Assembly: GCA_963736115.1 (NCBI GenBank)
Contig: CAVTNR010000027.1
Coordinates: 32,001-96,000, forward strand
Length of the DNA: 64,000 bases
Origin: an uncultured bacterium
Lineage (GTDB): Bacteria > Zhuqueibacterota > QNDG01 > DTFT01
Direction: 5' to 3'
Part shown: one piece after another, positions 13,799-24,242 of the stretch
How positions within the stretch are numbered: position 1 is the stretch's first letter
Layout of the letters: every line of letters begins with the position of its first letter
Notes under the pieces: generated by a model
Database searches by the model: none
Told to the model about the DNA's origin: nothing
The model's input: the letters and a program-made list of their open reading frames with translations, nothing else
Made by a program: the position numbers and the translations under genes

Positions 13799-16030
13799 AT
13801 GAAACGTTTCCTGTTCTTCCTCTTTCCAATTCTGGTCATTGTCACCGCGGGTCTCGGTCTTTTCGGTTTTCTGCAGGTGCGATCCGTCGAAGAAAAGATG
13901 GCGGACGACCTCCGCCGCAAGGTGACCGCGCTCGCCGAAAGCATCGGGGCCTCCTCCCGTCATCTCTTCGTCTCCTTCCAGCCCCGTCCGGCCCAGCGGC
14001 TGGTCGATTCTTTCGACCGGCGCGAACGGCTCCAAGGCTGCGCACTGTACGACAGCACGGGCCGTCTTCTGACCGTCTCGGAGCGTATGGACAGCTGGCG
14101 CAATGCCGAAGACCCGGTCCTCCCGAAGGTGCTGGAAACCCGGCGGCCGGAAGGCGACACGATGTCTTTTGCGGGCGCGACCCTGTTCGTTTACGCCTCT
14201 CCCGTGTTTGATGATGACAGCAGTCTTCTGGGCATCGTCGAGATCCTGCACGATACGTCTTATCTGTACCCGGTCCAGACGGCACTGTGGAAAAGGCTCA
14301 GTATCGTTCTGTTCGCCATGACTGTGCTGATTGTCGCCGTCCTTTTCCTGATGCAGCGGCGCCTGTTCACACTCCCGATCCTCCGGATGGCGGACTGGTT
14401 CGACCGTTTTCAAAAAGGCGAGACGGATGCGCCCCGGCCGCCTGACGCGCAGGGCGAACTGCGGCGGCTGGCCGACGAGGTGGAGCAGGCGGCCCTCACG
14501 CTCCGCGTGGCGCGGAAGGCCATCTCCAGGGAAGCCGCGGTTCGGATGAAGAAAGAGGACCGCTGGACGGAATCCAGGCTGAGAGACCTGGTACACGCCA
14601 GGCTCGGCGTATCGGCCTTCTTCGTCGTCTCCAACCGCGAACCGTACATTCACGAACTCAACCCGCCGGGTCCGCCCCGGTGCGTCCGCCCGGCCAGCGG
14701 CGTGGTCACCGCCCTGGATCCCATTCTGAAGGCTTCGGGCGGCACCTGGATCGCGCACGGAAGCGGAAAAGCCGATTTCCTGGCTGTCAATTCCAAGGGC
14801 AATCTCGGCGTCCCGCCGGAGGACCCGCGCTACATCCTCAAGCGCGTGCGCCTGACCAAAGAGGAGGAGAACGGGTATTACTACGGATTCTCGAACGAGG
14901 GACTGTGGCCGCTGTGCCATGTCACCCACACGCGCCCTGTTTTCCGCGAATCGGACTGGAAAACCTACCGGGAGGTGAACCGGAAATTCGCCGATGCCGT
15001 GCTGGACGAACTGCCTGTCGGAAAGGCGTTCGTCTTCATCCAGGACTACCATTTCACCCTGCTGGGACGGATGATCAAGGAAAAACGGCCGGATGTGTCC
15101 GTCGCGCTTTTCTGGCATATCCCGTGGCCGAATCCGGAAATTTTCGCCATCTGCCCCTATTACACGGAAATCCTCGACGGAATGCTCGGATGCGACCTGC
15201 TCGGTTTCCACGTCCAGATCCACTGCAACAACTTTCTGGACACCGTCAATCGGCTCCTGGAATGCCGCGTGGACACCGAGCGGTTCACCGTGGTGCGGAA
15301 TGAGAAGGAAACCGCGGTGCGGTCCTTCCCGATCAGCGTCGATGACGCGATGGGACGCGACCTGCCGGAGGACGGAGACGCCGTCCGGGAGATCGATCGG
15401 GAATACGACCTGCAGGGAAAAACCGTCGCCATCGGCGTGGACCGCATCGACTACACGAAGGGTATCGCCGAACGCCTTCATGCCGTGGACCGTTTTCTGG
15501 AGAAGCATCCGGAATACCGGAACCGTTTCGTCTTCATCCAGATCGGCGCCCCGAGCCGCGTGCACATCAAGCGGTACCATGATCTGGGAGGCGAAATCGA
15601 CGAGCTGGTGGAAAAACTGAACTGGAAGCATTCGGACGGCACGTGGAAGCCGATTATCTACCTGAAGCGGCACTTCACGCCGGATGAAATACGTCCCTTT
15701 TACAAACGGTCCGACATCTGCATCGTCAGTTCCCTGCATGACGGCATGAACCTGGTGGCGAAGGAATACGTGACGGCCCGCACCGGCGACGACGGTGTCC
15801 TGCTGCTCAGCATCTTCACCGGCGCTTCACGGGAGCTGGGCGAAGCGGTTTCGATCAATCCTTACGCCACGGAAGATTTCGCGGACCGGATTTTTCAGGC
15901 GGCGGAGATGCCGGAGGATGAAAAACGCAGGCGCATGCAGAGCCTCCGCGCGACGGTTTCGGATTACAACATCTACCGGTGGGCCGGACAGATCGTCTCC
16001 GAATGGACGGCCCTGCCGCCCGCCGGCTGA
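13799..16030 (+). CDS. otsA: Trehalose-6-phosphate synthase (GT20) fused to an N-terminal TM-periplasmic-TM-HAMP-like module
   Basis: VVSNREPY, ASGVVTAL, YYGFSNEGLWPLCH, FIQDYHF, FWHIPWP, GVDRIDYTKGI and DGMNLVAKEY motifs, preceded by about 260 aa containing two TMs. Confidence 0.9.
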   Translation: MKRFLFFLFPILVIVTAGLGLFGFLQVRSVEEKMADDLRRKVTALAESIGASSRHLFVSFQPRPAQRLVDSFDRRERLQGCALYDSTGRLLTVSERMDSWRNAEDPVLPKVLETRRPEGDTMSFAGATLFVYASPVFDDDSSLLGIVEILHDTSYLYPVQTALWKRLSIVLFAMTVLIVAVLFLMQRRLFTLPILRMADWFDRFQKGETDAPRPPDAQGELRRLADEVEQAALTLRVARKAISREAAVRMKKEDRWTESRLRDLVHARLGVSAFFVVSNREPYIHELNPPGPPRCVRPASGVVTALDPILKASGGTWIAHGSGKADFLAVNSKGNLGVPPEDPRYILKRVRLTKEEENGYYYGFSNEGLWPLCHVTHTRPVFRESDWKTYREVNRKFADAVLDELPVGKAFVFIQDYHFTLLGRMIKEKRPDVSVALFWHIPWPNPEIFAICPYYTEILDGMLGCDLLGFHVQIHCNNFLDTVNRLLECRVDTERFTVVRNEKETAVRSFPISVDDAMGRDLPEDGDAVREIDREYDLQGKTVAIGVDRIDYTKGIAERLHAVDRFLEKHPEYRNRFVFIQIGAPSRVHIKRYHDLGGEIDELVEKLNWKHSDGTWKPIIYLKRHFTPDEIRPFYKRSDICIVSSLHDGMNLVAKEYVTARTGDDGVLLLSIFTGASRELGEAVSINPYATEDFADRIFQAAEMPEDEKRRRMQSLRATVSDYNIYRWAGQIVSEWTALPPAG

Positions 16031-16062
16031 CTCCCCCCGTTCCCGAAAACCTGGAGATTCCC

Positions 16063-17145
16063 GTGCAATTCGGCGAAATCACCGGATGGATCTCGCAACC
16101 GCGGAACCTGCTTCCGCTTCTGTCGCCCGCCGCAGCCCTGATTCTGGGACTCTGGGTCCGGAAGGCGCTGTTCCGGCGGCTGAGGCGTCTGTCGCAAAGA
16201 ACCCGGTCGACATGGGACGATGTGGTGATCGAATCGATCCGTACACCGTTCCTCCTCTGGTGCATCATGGGGGGGATATACGTGGCGTTGACGCTCTACG
16301 CTCTCCCCGACCGGCTTCTCGCAATCAGCGGAAAAGTCCTGTTCATCCTGGCCGTCCTCTCGCTGGTGATGGCTTTTTCGAACGCCTCCGCTTCCCTGAT
16401 CCGCGCTTCAGCGGGACGAATCACCGGCCCCCTTCCGATGGCGTCACTCACCCATCATGCAATCCGGATTGTGCTGTGGATTCTGGGCGCGCTCATTGTG
16501 CTGAACACCCTCGGCATTTCCGTAACGCCGATTCTGGCGACCCTGGGCGTCGGAGGACTGGCCGTCGCTCTCGCCCTTCAGGACACGCTCGCCAATCTGT
16601 TCGCGGGTTTTCATGTCATCGCCTCCGGACAGGTGAGAAGCGGCGATTTTGTACGCCTCGAGAGCGGACAGGAAGGCACCATCGAGGACATCGGCTGGCG
16701 CATCACGAAGATCCGCATGCTGTCGAACAACATCGTTCTGATTCCGAACGCCAAGCTGGCCCAGGCCGTTCTGGTCAATTATCACCTTCCGGAACCGGAA
16801 ATGTCCGTCCTGATCGAAGTGAGCGTTCATTACGACAGCGACCTAGCCCTGGTTGAAAAAGTCACCGTGGATGTCGCCTCCGAGGTCCTGCACACCGTGG
16901 CGGGCGGCGTTTCCGGGTTCACGCCGTTTATCCGGTACCACACCTTCGGTGACTCGGGCATTCACTTCACGGTGATTCTCCGGGTGAAGGAGTATGTGGA
17001 TCAGTACCTCATCAAGCACGAATTCGTGAAAAGCCTCCACGAACGCTACCGCAGGGAAGGAATCGTGATCCCCTACCCCATGCGCACCCTGACATGGGAA
17101 CCCGTCGGCGGCCGTCCCGCTCAGCCGGCCGGTCCGGTTGGTTGA
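16063..17145 (+). CDS. mscS: MscS-family mechanosensitive channel
   Basis: LGVGGLAVALALQDTLANLFAG, GDFVRL, IGWRITKI and IPNAKL motifs; GTG start with GGAG RBS. Confidence 0.9.
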   Translation: MQFGEITGWISQPRNLLPLLSPAAALILGLWVRKALFRRLRRLSQRTRSTWDDVVIESIRTPFLLWCIMGGIYVALTLYALPDRLLAISGKVLFILAVLSLVMAFSNASASLIRASAGRITGPLPMASLTHHAIRIVLWILGALIVLNTLGISVTPILATLGVGGLAVALALQDTLANLFAGFHVIASGQVRSGDFVRLESGQEGTIEDIGWRITKIRMLSNNIVLIPNAKLAQAVLVNYHLPEPEMSVLIEVSVHYDSDLALVEKVTVDVASEVLHTVAGGVSGFTPFIRYHTFGDSGIHFTVILRVKEYVDQYLIKHEFVKSLHERYRREGIVIPYPMRTLTWEPVGGRPAQPAGPVG

Positions 17146-17154
17146 GCGGACGCC

Positions 17155-17952
17155 ATGCCCTCGATCCTTCGTCGCTGGTCCGAAGTGAAGCCGCGGCTGG
17201 CATCCGGCAGGCTTGCCGTTTTCCTGGACTTCGACGGAACACTGGCGCCCATCGTCCGCCAGCCCGGGCAAGCCGCCATTTCCCCGTGCCTCCGCCGGAC
17301 GCTTTCCCGGTTATCCGCCTGCCCCGGCGTGCGGGTCGGCGTGGTGAGCGGCCGATCGCTGACCGACCTGAAAAAACGCGTCCGACTGCGGAAAATCGCC
17401 TACGCCGGGAACCATGGACTCGAGATCGAGGGCACGGGCTTCCGGTTCCGCCTCAGGACTCCGCCGGATTATCCGCGGACCCTGGCCCGCGTCCGGGTCT
17501 CGATCGCCGGTCTGCCGTCCGTGTTTCCGGGAACCGAGATCGAGGATAAGGGATTGACGCTGTCTTTTCATTACCGCAGGGCGAACCGCCTGATCGTTCC
17601 CGAGGCCGTTGCGGCGTTCCGCCGTGCCGTCCGGCCCTATCAGAACCGCCTGCAGATCCGGACCGGCAAGCGGATTCTGGAGATCCGTCCGCCGGCTCCC
17701 TGGGGCAAGGGAGAAGCCGTTCTGTGGCTCCTGTCGAACCAAGTCTGGCTCCCGGGCCGGATGCCGACGACGGCCGTCTATATCGGTGACGATCGTACAG
17801 ACGAGGATGCTTTCCGGGCGCTTCGGGATGATGGCGTGACGATCCGGGTTGGCCGTTCGGTCCGATCGGCCGCCCGTTACACCATCGACGATACGGAATC
17901 GACAGCCCGTTTTCTGGACAGGCTCGTTCGACTCCGGGAAGGATCAAAATGA
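17155..17952 (+). CDS. otsB: Trehalose-6-phosphate phosphatase (HAD IIB)
   Basis: FLDFDGTLAPI, VVSGR, YAGNHGLE, HYR and YIGDDRTDEDAF motifs. Confidence 0.92.
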   Translation: MPSILRRWSEVKPRLASGRLAVFLDFDGTLAPIVRQPGQAAISPCLRRTLSRLSACPGVRVGVVSGRSLTDLKKRVRLRKIAYAGNHGLEIEGTGFRFRLRTPPDYPRTLARVRVSIAGLPSVFPGTEIEDKGLTLSFHYRRANRLIVPEAVAAFRRAVRPYQNRLQIRTGKRILEIRPPAPWGKGEAVLWLLSNQVWLPGRMPTTAVYIGDDRTDEDAFRALRDDGVTIRVGRSVRSAARYTIDDTESTARFLDRLVRLREGSK

Positions 17953-18623
17953 CTGAATTGACACAAGCGATGGAACCATTCCGGTTTTACACCCGGCTCC
18001 ATCTGACGGAACTGCTGGGCATCCGGGCGTCCTCGCTCGCGGAGCTGATCCGCTGCGTGAACAACGTGCCGGGGTCAAGCATCTACCACCACACGCACCG
18101 TTTTCTGCAGCAGCACCAGTACCTCTCCCCCGAGCCGCCGAACGATTTCGCCTACTGGGTGACGGAGGCGCTCGGAGAGGAGGCGCTGGGCGAACGCCTG
18201 GCCAGCGTGAACACTGTTCAGTTCGGAGACATCCGGAGCCTGCGGGAATCCCTGTGCGGCACGATGGAGCGCTACGCGGGGGAGCATCCCCGGGCGCTGG
18301 CCAAAACCGCGGATCCGGGCGAAGAGTTCTTTTTCATGAAATCCATCAGCTTCGTTCTGCCCACCCGGCATGAAGCCCGGACGCTGGAGGAATTCACCGG
18401 CATTCTGCAGGAGATCACCGCCGACTCCCTGTATTACCACATGTTCGAGTCGCGCCTGCGCCTCGAGAAGCAGACGAATGACTTTTCAACCTGGTTTTCC
18501 GGCTCACTCGGCGATGCTGCGCTTGCCGCCGATGTCGAGCGCCTCGATCCGTACACGCATACCATGGAGGGCCTGCGGCGCTCCCTTCTCCGGCTCGTCC
18601 GGAGAAGGATCCCGCGCCGGTGA
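17949..18623 (+). CDS. DUF5752-like protein (TreT-associated, internally duplicated)
   Basis: Two repeats: SIYHH...NDFAYWV..ALG and SLYYH...NDFSTWF..SLG; overlaps the otsB stop. Confidence 0.75.
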   Translation: MTELTQAMEPFRFYTRLHLTELLGIRASSLAELIRCVNNVPGSSIYHHTHRFLQQHQYLSPEPPNDFAYWVTEALGEEALGERLASVNTVQFGDIRSLRESLCGTMERYAGEHPRALAKTADPGEEFFFMKSISFVLPTRHEARTLEEFTGILQEITADSLYYHMFESRLRLEKQTNDFSTWFSGSLGDAALAADVERLDPYTHTMEGLRRSLLRLVRRRIPRR

Positions 18624-18627
18624 CACG

Positions 18628-19836
18628 ATGCAACTTGACGACTACATTCCGATCGTGGGCCGGTCCGTTATCGAGGACCTGCGCCTGCTGTCCGAGCGGC
18701 TGTCCGGCCGCCGGATTCAGCACGTCAACTCAACCGCCGTCGGCGGCGGCGTGGCGGAAATTCTCAACCGCATGGTGCCCCTGTGCAACGAACTGGGCGT
18801 CGATTCCCGCTGGGACGTGATCACGGGCGGAGAACGCTTCTACAGCGTGACCAAAAAATTCCACAACGCCCTTCACGGGAAGCCCGAATCCCTGACCCGC
18901 GAGGATTTCGAGGTCTTCGTCGAAAACGGCCGTCTCAACGCCGAACGGACGGCGACCGACGCGGACATCGTCTTCATCCACGACCCCCAGCCGGTGACCC
19001 TGATCGAAAAGAAATCCGGCAACAAGTGGATCTGGCGGTGCCACGTCGACGTCTCCGATCCCCTGCAGGAGGTCTGGCGTTTTCTCGCCGACTACGTGGT
19101 CCGCTACGACGCGGCCGTGTTCTCCGCGCCGGGATTCTCCCGTGAATTGCCCATGCGCCAGGTGCTGATCTCTCCGTCCATCGATCCGCTGAGTGACAAG
19201 AACCGGGACATCGGGCCGGACGTCATCGACGCCGTGATGAACAAGTACGGCATCCCCCGCGACAAGCCGATCGTCACCCAGGTCTCCCGCTTCGACCGGC
19301 TGAAGGACCCGGTCGGCGTGCTCGAGGCGTACCGGATCGCGAAAAAGAACGTCGACTGCCGCCTCGTGCTGGCCGGCGGCACGGCTTCGGACGACCCGGA
19401 AGGCGCCGAAGTGTACCAGGAGGTCATGGACCGGGCGGCCGGCGATCCGGACGTGCACATCCTGCTCCTATCGCAGAACGACATCGAGATCAACGCCCTT
19501 CAGCGCGCCTCGGACGTCATCGTGCAGAAATCGCTCAAGGAGGGATTCGGCCTCACCGTCACCGAGGCCCTGTGGAAGGCGAAGCCGGTCCTGGCCTCGG
19601 CCGTGGGAGGCATTCCCCTGCAGATCCGGCACAAATATTCGGGACTGCTCTGCCATTCGGTTGAGGGCGCGGCATTTTCACTCAAGCAGCTGCTGAACAG
19701 CCCGGAATACGCGAAAAAGCTCGGGGAAAACGGACGGGAACACGTCCGGAATAATTTCCTGCTGACACGGCACCTGCGCGAATACCTGCTCCTCTTCCTT
19801 TCCATGACCCGCACGGGGGACGTGGTGTATCTGTAA
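18628..19836 (+). CDS. treT: Trehalose glycosyltransferring synthase TreT-like (GT4)
   Basis: HVNSTAVGGGVAEIL, HDPQP, WRCHVD, PSIDPLSDKN, QVSRFDRLKDP and EGFGLTVTEALWK motifs. Confidence 0.88.
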   Translation: MQLDDYIPIVGRSVIEDLRLLSERLSGRRIQHVNSTAVGGGVAEILNRMVPLCNELGVDSRWDVITGGERFYSVTKKFHNALHGKPESLTREDFEVFVENGRLNAERTATDADIVFIHDPQPVTLIEKKSGNKWIWRCHVDVSDPLQEVWRFLADYVVRYDAAVFSAPGFSRELPMRQVLISPSIDPLSDKNRDIGPDVIDAVMNKYGIPRDKPIVTQVSRFDRLKDPVGVLEAYRIAKKNVDCRLVLAGGTASDDPEGAEVYQEVMDRAAGDPDVHILLLSQNDIEINALQRASDVIVQKSLKEGFGLTVTEALWKAKPVLASAVGGIPLQIRHKYSGLLCHSVEGAAFSLKQLLNSPEYAKKLGENGREHVRNNFLLTRHLREYLLLFLSMTRTGDVVYL

Positions 19837-19952
19837 TCCTTCCGTCAGACGGGGCCGATGGTGCCCGTCTGTGGACGCGTCCCTTCGCTTCGCCGGAAGA
19901 ACGGAGAAGAACGGATCGGATGAATCACGTCGGGGAACGGGAGCCGGAAGAG

Positions 19953-21755
19953 TCAGGCGGCGGAGCCGGGGCGGGAAAACGCCAGACTGATCACCGCATC
20001 TCCAGACTGGGGTTTGAGTTCCGTGTCCCGCGTGAACACGGCAAGACCGCCCTTCTGCGATATAAGGAAAACGGGCAGATGCGTCGCCCTGTTCTGCAGG
20101 CGGAATGTTTCAAAATTGAACTGTTCCGTCAGATTCGTTATTCGGACGGACAGACGGTCGCGTCCGTCCGCTCCGATCCAGGCCGCGGGATCGGTTCCGG
20201 CCGGAAAAATCATTCTGCCGCGATGCTCGAAGGACACAGACTCGAACCTTCCGCCGGTGACATGCGGCAGCTGATAGATCTCGTTCCGCCCGAAAAGATC
20301 CCTGAAATGCTGGCATGCGAGGGCATTCAGTTCGTCGTTCGGCGTGAGCGCGATCAGCCGGCGGATGCGGGTCAGATTCATCTCCTCCTTGACGGATTCG
20401 GAAAGCACGCTGCCGGTAAAGACCGGAAGCCCCGAAAGACGGGCTCTCATGGCGTTGTCACGGTTGGTATCCACGCCGAGGACTGGAATGCCCTCCTTTT
20501 TAAGCGCCAGCGCCAGATCCAACGCCCATCCCTGCATGCCGACGAAAAGCACGCCCTGCGCATCGGCCTGAACCAGCCCCAGACGTTTTGCGAGCCATGG
20601 GGCCGACAGCCCGTATCCCATGACCGTGCACACGACCACGAAGAAACCGACGGGCGCGAATTGTTCCGCCTGCGGGTAATTCAGTCTCGCGAGCGAGATC
20701 GAAAAGATGGAGAGAACGGCCGCCGCCACGATTCCCCTGGGCGCCATGCCCGCGATGAACAACCGCCTCTGCAGTTTGAGCCGGGAGCCGAGCGTGGACA
20801 ACAGGACCGCGGCCGGCCGCGCCACGACAACGATCACGGCCAGGAAAAGCCATCCCCGGCCGCCGATGATCGAAAGGTCGGACAATTTCAGCCTGGAGGT
20901 GAGGAGCACGAAAAGGATGCCGACCAGCAGTGTTCCCACGGTCTCCTTGAATTCCAGAAGCCTCCGGATCGGGACCAGCCGCTGGTTGGCCATGATGACA
21001 CCCATGATGGTGACGGCGATCAGTCCGGATTCCTTCTGCAACTGGTTCGCCCCGGCGAACACGGTGATCACCGCCATGAGCACGGCCGCGTGCTGCAGGC
21101 TGTCCGGAATCCAGTACCGCTTCAGGGACAGGATCAGGAGACCGGCCGCCACGGCCCCGAACGCCGCGCCGACCACGGTGGTCATCAGAAGGCCCCGGGC
21201 GACTTCCCCGACATCCACCGTCATGGTTTCAATGCGGATCGCGTGAAACACCAGCACCGCCAGCACGGCGCCCATGGGATCCGACATGATGCCCTCCCAT
21301 TTGAGCAGGGAGCCGACCTGCCCCTGCAGGCGAAGCTGCCGCACGAGGGGAGTGATCACCGTCGGACCCGTGACGATGAGAATGGACCCGAAAAGAACGG
21401 ACAGGGGCCAGTTCCAGCCGAGGATCCATCTCGCCGCCAGCGCGCAGAGGCCCCCGTTCACCAGAACGCCGATGCTGAGCAGTTTCAGCAGCACGGGGCG
21501 GACCAGGCGGATTTGGCGGGCGTTCAGACCCAGTCCCCCCTCGAAGAGGATGATGGCCACCGAGATGGAGACTATCGCGAAAAGTCCGTCGCCCAGGAGC
21601 TCATCGGGACGGAGCAGGCCCAGGACGGGACCGGCCAGGAATCCGATGACCAGCAGGACCACGATCGAAGGGATTCGAAGCCTCCAGGCGATCCACTGAC
21701 CTGCGACGCCGAGCACGAGGAGACTGGACAGCGCCAGTACGATATTGTGGTTCAT
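19953..21755 (-). CDS. CPA1/NhaP cation:proton antiporter with C-terminal Rossmann (TrkA-N-like) domain
   Basis: ILFEGGL, TGPTVI.PL, LKWEGIMSDP and MAPRGIVAAA motifs; true start probably MNHNIVL at 21755. Confidence 0.88.
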   Translation of the reverse strand: MNHNIVLALSSLLVLGVAGQWIAWRLRIPSIVVLLVIGFLAGPVLGLLRPDELLGDGLFAIVSISVAIILFEGGLGLNARQIRLVRPVLLKLLSIGVLVNGGLCALAARWILGWNWPLSVLFGSILIVTGPTVITPLVRQLRLQGQVGSLLKWEGIMSDPMGAVLAVLVFHAIRIETMTVDVGEVARGLLMTTVVGAAFGAVAAGLLILSLKRYWIPDSLQHAAVLMAVITVFAGANQLQKESGLIAVTIMGVIMANQRLVPIRRLLEFKETVGTLLVGILFVLLTSRLKLSDLSIIGGRGWLFLAVIVVVARPAAVLLSTLGSRLKLQRRLFIAGMAPRGIVAAAVLSIFSISLARLNYPQAEQFAPVGFFVVVCTVMGYGLSAPWLAKRLGLVQADAQGVLFVGMQGWALDLALALKKEGIPVLGVDTNRDNAMRARLSGLPVFTGSVLSESVKEEMNLTRIRRLIALTPNDELNALACQHFRDLFGRNEIYQLPHVTGGRFESVSFEHRGRMIFPAGTDPAAWIGADGRDRLSVRITNLTEQFNFETFRLQNRATHLPVFLISQKGGLAVFTRDTELKPQSGDAVISLAFSRPGSAA

Positions 21756-21980
21756 GGCTCCTGCCTTTATCATTCCGCTCCAGGACCGGTGCCGCATGGA
21801 GGTTTGGGCGTAAACCGCCACGCTTCGAGGTAGAAATATAAGACATCCGGAGAGAAGAAACAATTGGAAAGAGCGGCTTGAAACAACACCGCTCCTTCCA
21901 GGGAATGGATACATCACCACCTCCGCTCTCCGAGTTTCCGAAAACGGTCCTCCCATGCATTTTCCTGCCGGAGGGAACTG

Positions 21981-24239
21981 ATGAAAAAACGGAATCTGGA
22001 AATCCGCCTGGCCCGCGAGATGGACCTCATGGACGTCACGCTGATCGGCGTGGGCGCGATGATTGGAGCCGGCATTTTCGTGCTGACGGGGATCGCGGCC
22101 GGCGTGGCGGGCCCGTCGCTGATTCTGGCCTTCCTTCTCAACGGCCTGGTGGCGCTCCTCACCGCCATGGCCTATGCCGAGCTGGGTTCCTGCTACCATG
22201 ACGCGGGCGGCGGATACCTCTGGGTCAAGGAGGCGCTTCCGAAATGGAACGGATTCATCTCCGGGTGGATGAGCTGGTTCGCCCACGCCGTGGCATGCAG
22301 CCTCTACGCCCTGGGATTCGGAGCCTATTTCGAATTCGTGGTCCGTGAAATGGGCTGGTCGCTCCCCCACTGGGGGACGCTGTCACCCCAGAAGCTGCTG
22401 GCCGTGGCAGTCGCCGCGGTATTCGGATACGTCAATTACCGCGGCGCATCCGAAACCGGCAAGATCGGCAGCCTCGTCACCATGGCCAAAATCGCCATTC
22501 TGGCCGTGTTCGTGGGATTCGGCTTCAAGCTGGCGTGGGGCCGGCAAGGCGTGATGGAGGCCTTTTCCCCGTTCTTCGCCCACGGCTTCAGCGGCGTGCT
22601 TAAGGCGATGGGACTGACATTCATCGCGTTCCAGGGGTACGAGGTCATCGCACAGTGTTCGGAGGAAATCAAGGATCCCCGACGGAACATCCCCCGTGCG
22701 GTCTTTCTCTCCCTCCTGATCGTCGTGCCGATCTACCTCCTCGTGGCGGTTGTCGCCCTCGCCTCCGTGATACCGGACGGGATCACAGCCTGGGATTTCC
22801 TGGCCCGACACCGCGAAACCGCCCTCGTGGAGGTGGCGCGCGGATTCTTTCGGGGAGGCGGTGTTTTCATTCTCGTGGGCGGCCTGATCTCCACCGTGTC
22901 CGCCCTCAATGCCACGATCTTCTCCTCTTCACGGGTCGCCTTCGCCATGGGCCGGGACCGGAATTTCCCATCCTTTCTGGGATCGGTGCATCCCCGGCGC
23001 AACACCCCGCACTGGTCCATCCTTCTGTCCCTGATCATCATCGTGGGCATGGCGGTGTCCCTGCCGATCGAGGACGTGGCCAGCGCGGCGGACATCATGT
23101 TTCTCCTTTTATTTCTCCAGGTCAACCTGGCCATGATCCGTCTCCGGAAGAAGAGACCGGACCTGGACCGCGGATTCTCCACTCCCCTGTTTCCCTGGCT
23201 TTCCTGGGCCGGAATCGCGGCGCTTCTCTTTCTGGCCGTGTACATGGTCAACTACAGCCCGACTGCCTGGGCCATCACCGGTGTCTGGTTCGTCACCGGC
23301 CTCGGCGTGTACGGGGGATATGCCCGGAAGCGCGAGGTCGAGTATGCGCGGAAGGTCCGGGCGATCGACCGGTTGAGTCGGAAACAGTACGTCATTCTTG
23401 TGTGCGTGGACAATCCGAAGCGGGCCGCCGGGCTGGTCCGAATCGCTGTCGCGGTGGCCGAGCGCCACCAGGCATCCATCGTCTTTCTGCACGTGGTGGA
23501 GGCTGCCGGGGGAAGCCGGCTTCTGGAGACCGCCGAGATTCCGGAGTACGTGGACCCGATGCTGGCGGAAATGGAGAGAACCGCCGGCCGCTACGGCATC
23601 CGGTCCCGTTCGGTCGTTGAATTGTCGCACCGTGTCTCCCGCGGAATCGTCGATACGGCCCTGGAGGAGGACTGCAACTTCATCCTTCTGGGCCGCGATC
23701 AGCACCCCACGTTTCTGGACGACATTTTTTCCTCACTGGTCGATACCGTGCTTCACGAAGCCCCGAGCGAGGTGGCGGTGCTGCATGGCAGCCTCGGCGG
23801 TTCGCCCGTCCGGAACGTCCTCCTCCCCTTCAGCGGCGATATCCACACGACGCTCGCCGCGGAAATCGCACCCGCGCTGATCGACCATTTCGGATGCAGG
23901 CTTCACCTGCTGGCCGTCCTTCCGCCGGATCTGGCTCCCTCGGATCGGCGGGAAAAAACCGCGGCGGTTCAGCGGGCCGTCCGTGATAACCGGCTCAGCG
24001 CGAATCTCGTCACGGTTGAGGCCTGGGACGTCGTGAAAGCGGTTCAGCAGCATGCGCGGCACATGGATCTGCTGGTCCTCGGCGCGCATTCAGGCGGATT
24101 CTGGCGGCTGCTGCTCGGCCGGTCGCTCGCGCAGGACATCACCGAGCAGGTGGGCTGCCCGGTGCTCTGGATCAAGGAATTCGAGGATCGTCAACCGTTC
24201 TGGCGGAGCGTATTGCGGCCGTACGCAGAAAAGGAGTGA
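21981..24239 (+). CDS. APC-family amino acid permease with C-terminal tandem universal-stress (USP) domains
   Basis: GVGAMIGAGIF, YAELGS, FIAFQGYE and EEIKDPRRNIPRA motifs; two USP-like domains (ILVCVDNP..., VLLPFSG...CPVL). Confidence 0.88.
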   Translation: MKKRNLEIRLAREMDLMDVTLIGVGAMIGAGIFVLTGIAAGVAGPSLILAFLLNGLVALLTAMAYAELGSCYHDAGGGYLWVKEALPKWNGFISGWMSWFAHAVACSLYALGFGAYFEFVVREMGWSLPHWGTLSPQKLLAVAVAAVFGYVNYRGASETGKIGSLVTMAKIAILAVFVGFGFKLAWGRQGVMEAFSPFFAHGFSGVLKAMGLTFIAFQGYEVIAQCSEEIKDPRRNIPRAVFLSLLIVVPIYLLVAVVALASVIPDGITAWDFLARHRETALVEVARGFFRGGGVFILVGGLISTVSALNATIFSSSRVAFAMGRDRNFPSFLGSVHPRRNTPHWSILLSLIIIVGMAVSLPIEDVASAADIMFLLLFLQVNLAMIRLRKKRPDLDRGFSTPLFPWLSWAGIAALLFLAVYMVNYSPTAWAITGVWFVTGLGVYGGYARKREVEYARKVRAIDRLSRKQYVILVCVDNPKRAAGLVRIAVAVAERHQASIVFLHVVEAAGGSRLLETAEIPEYVDPMLAEMERTAGRYGIRSRSVVELSHRVSRGIVDTALEEDCNFILLGRDQHPTFLDDIFSSLVDTVLHEAPSEVAVLHGSLGGSPVRNVLLPFSGDIHTTLAAEIAPALIDHFGCRLHLLAVLPPDLAPSDRREKTAAVQRAVRDNRLSANLVTVEAWDVVKAVQQHARHMDLLVLGAHSGGFWRLLLGRSLAQDITEQVGCPVLWIKEFEDRQPFWRSVLRPYAEKE

Positions 24240-24242
24240 TGC

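Noticed and set aside
19953-22370. 805-aa version of the antiporter
   Set aside because: The extension overlaps the divergent APC permease; homology and the RBS start at 21755.
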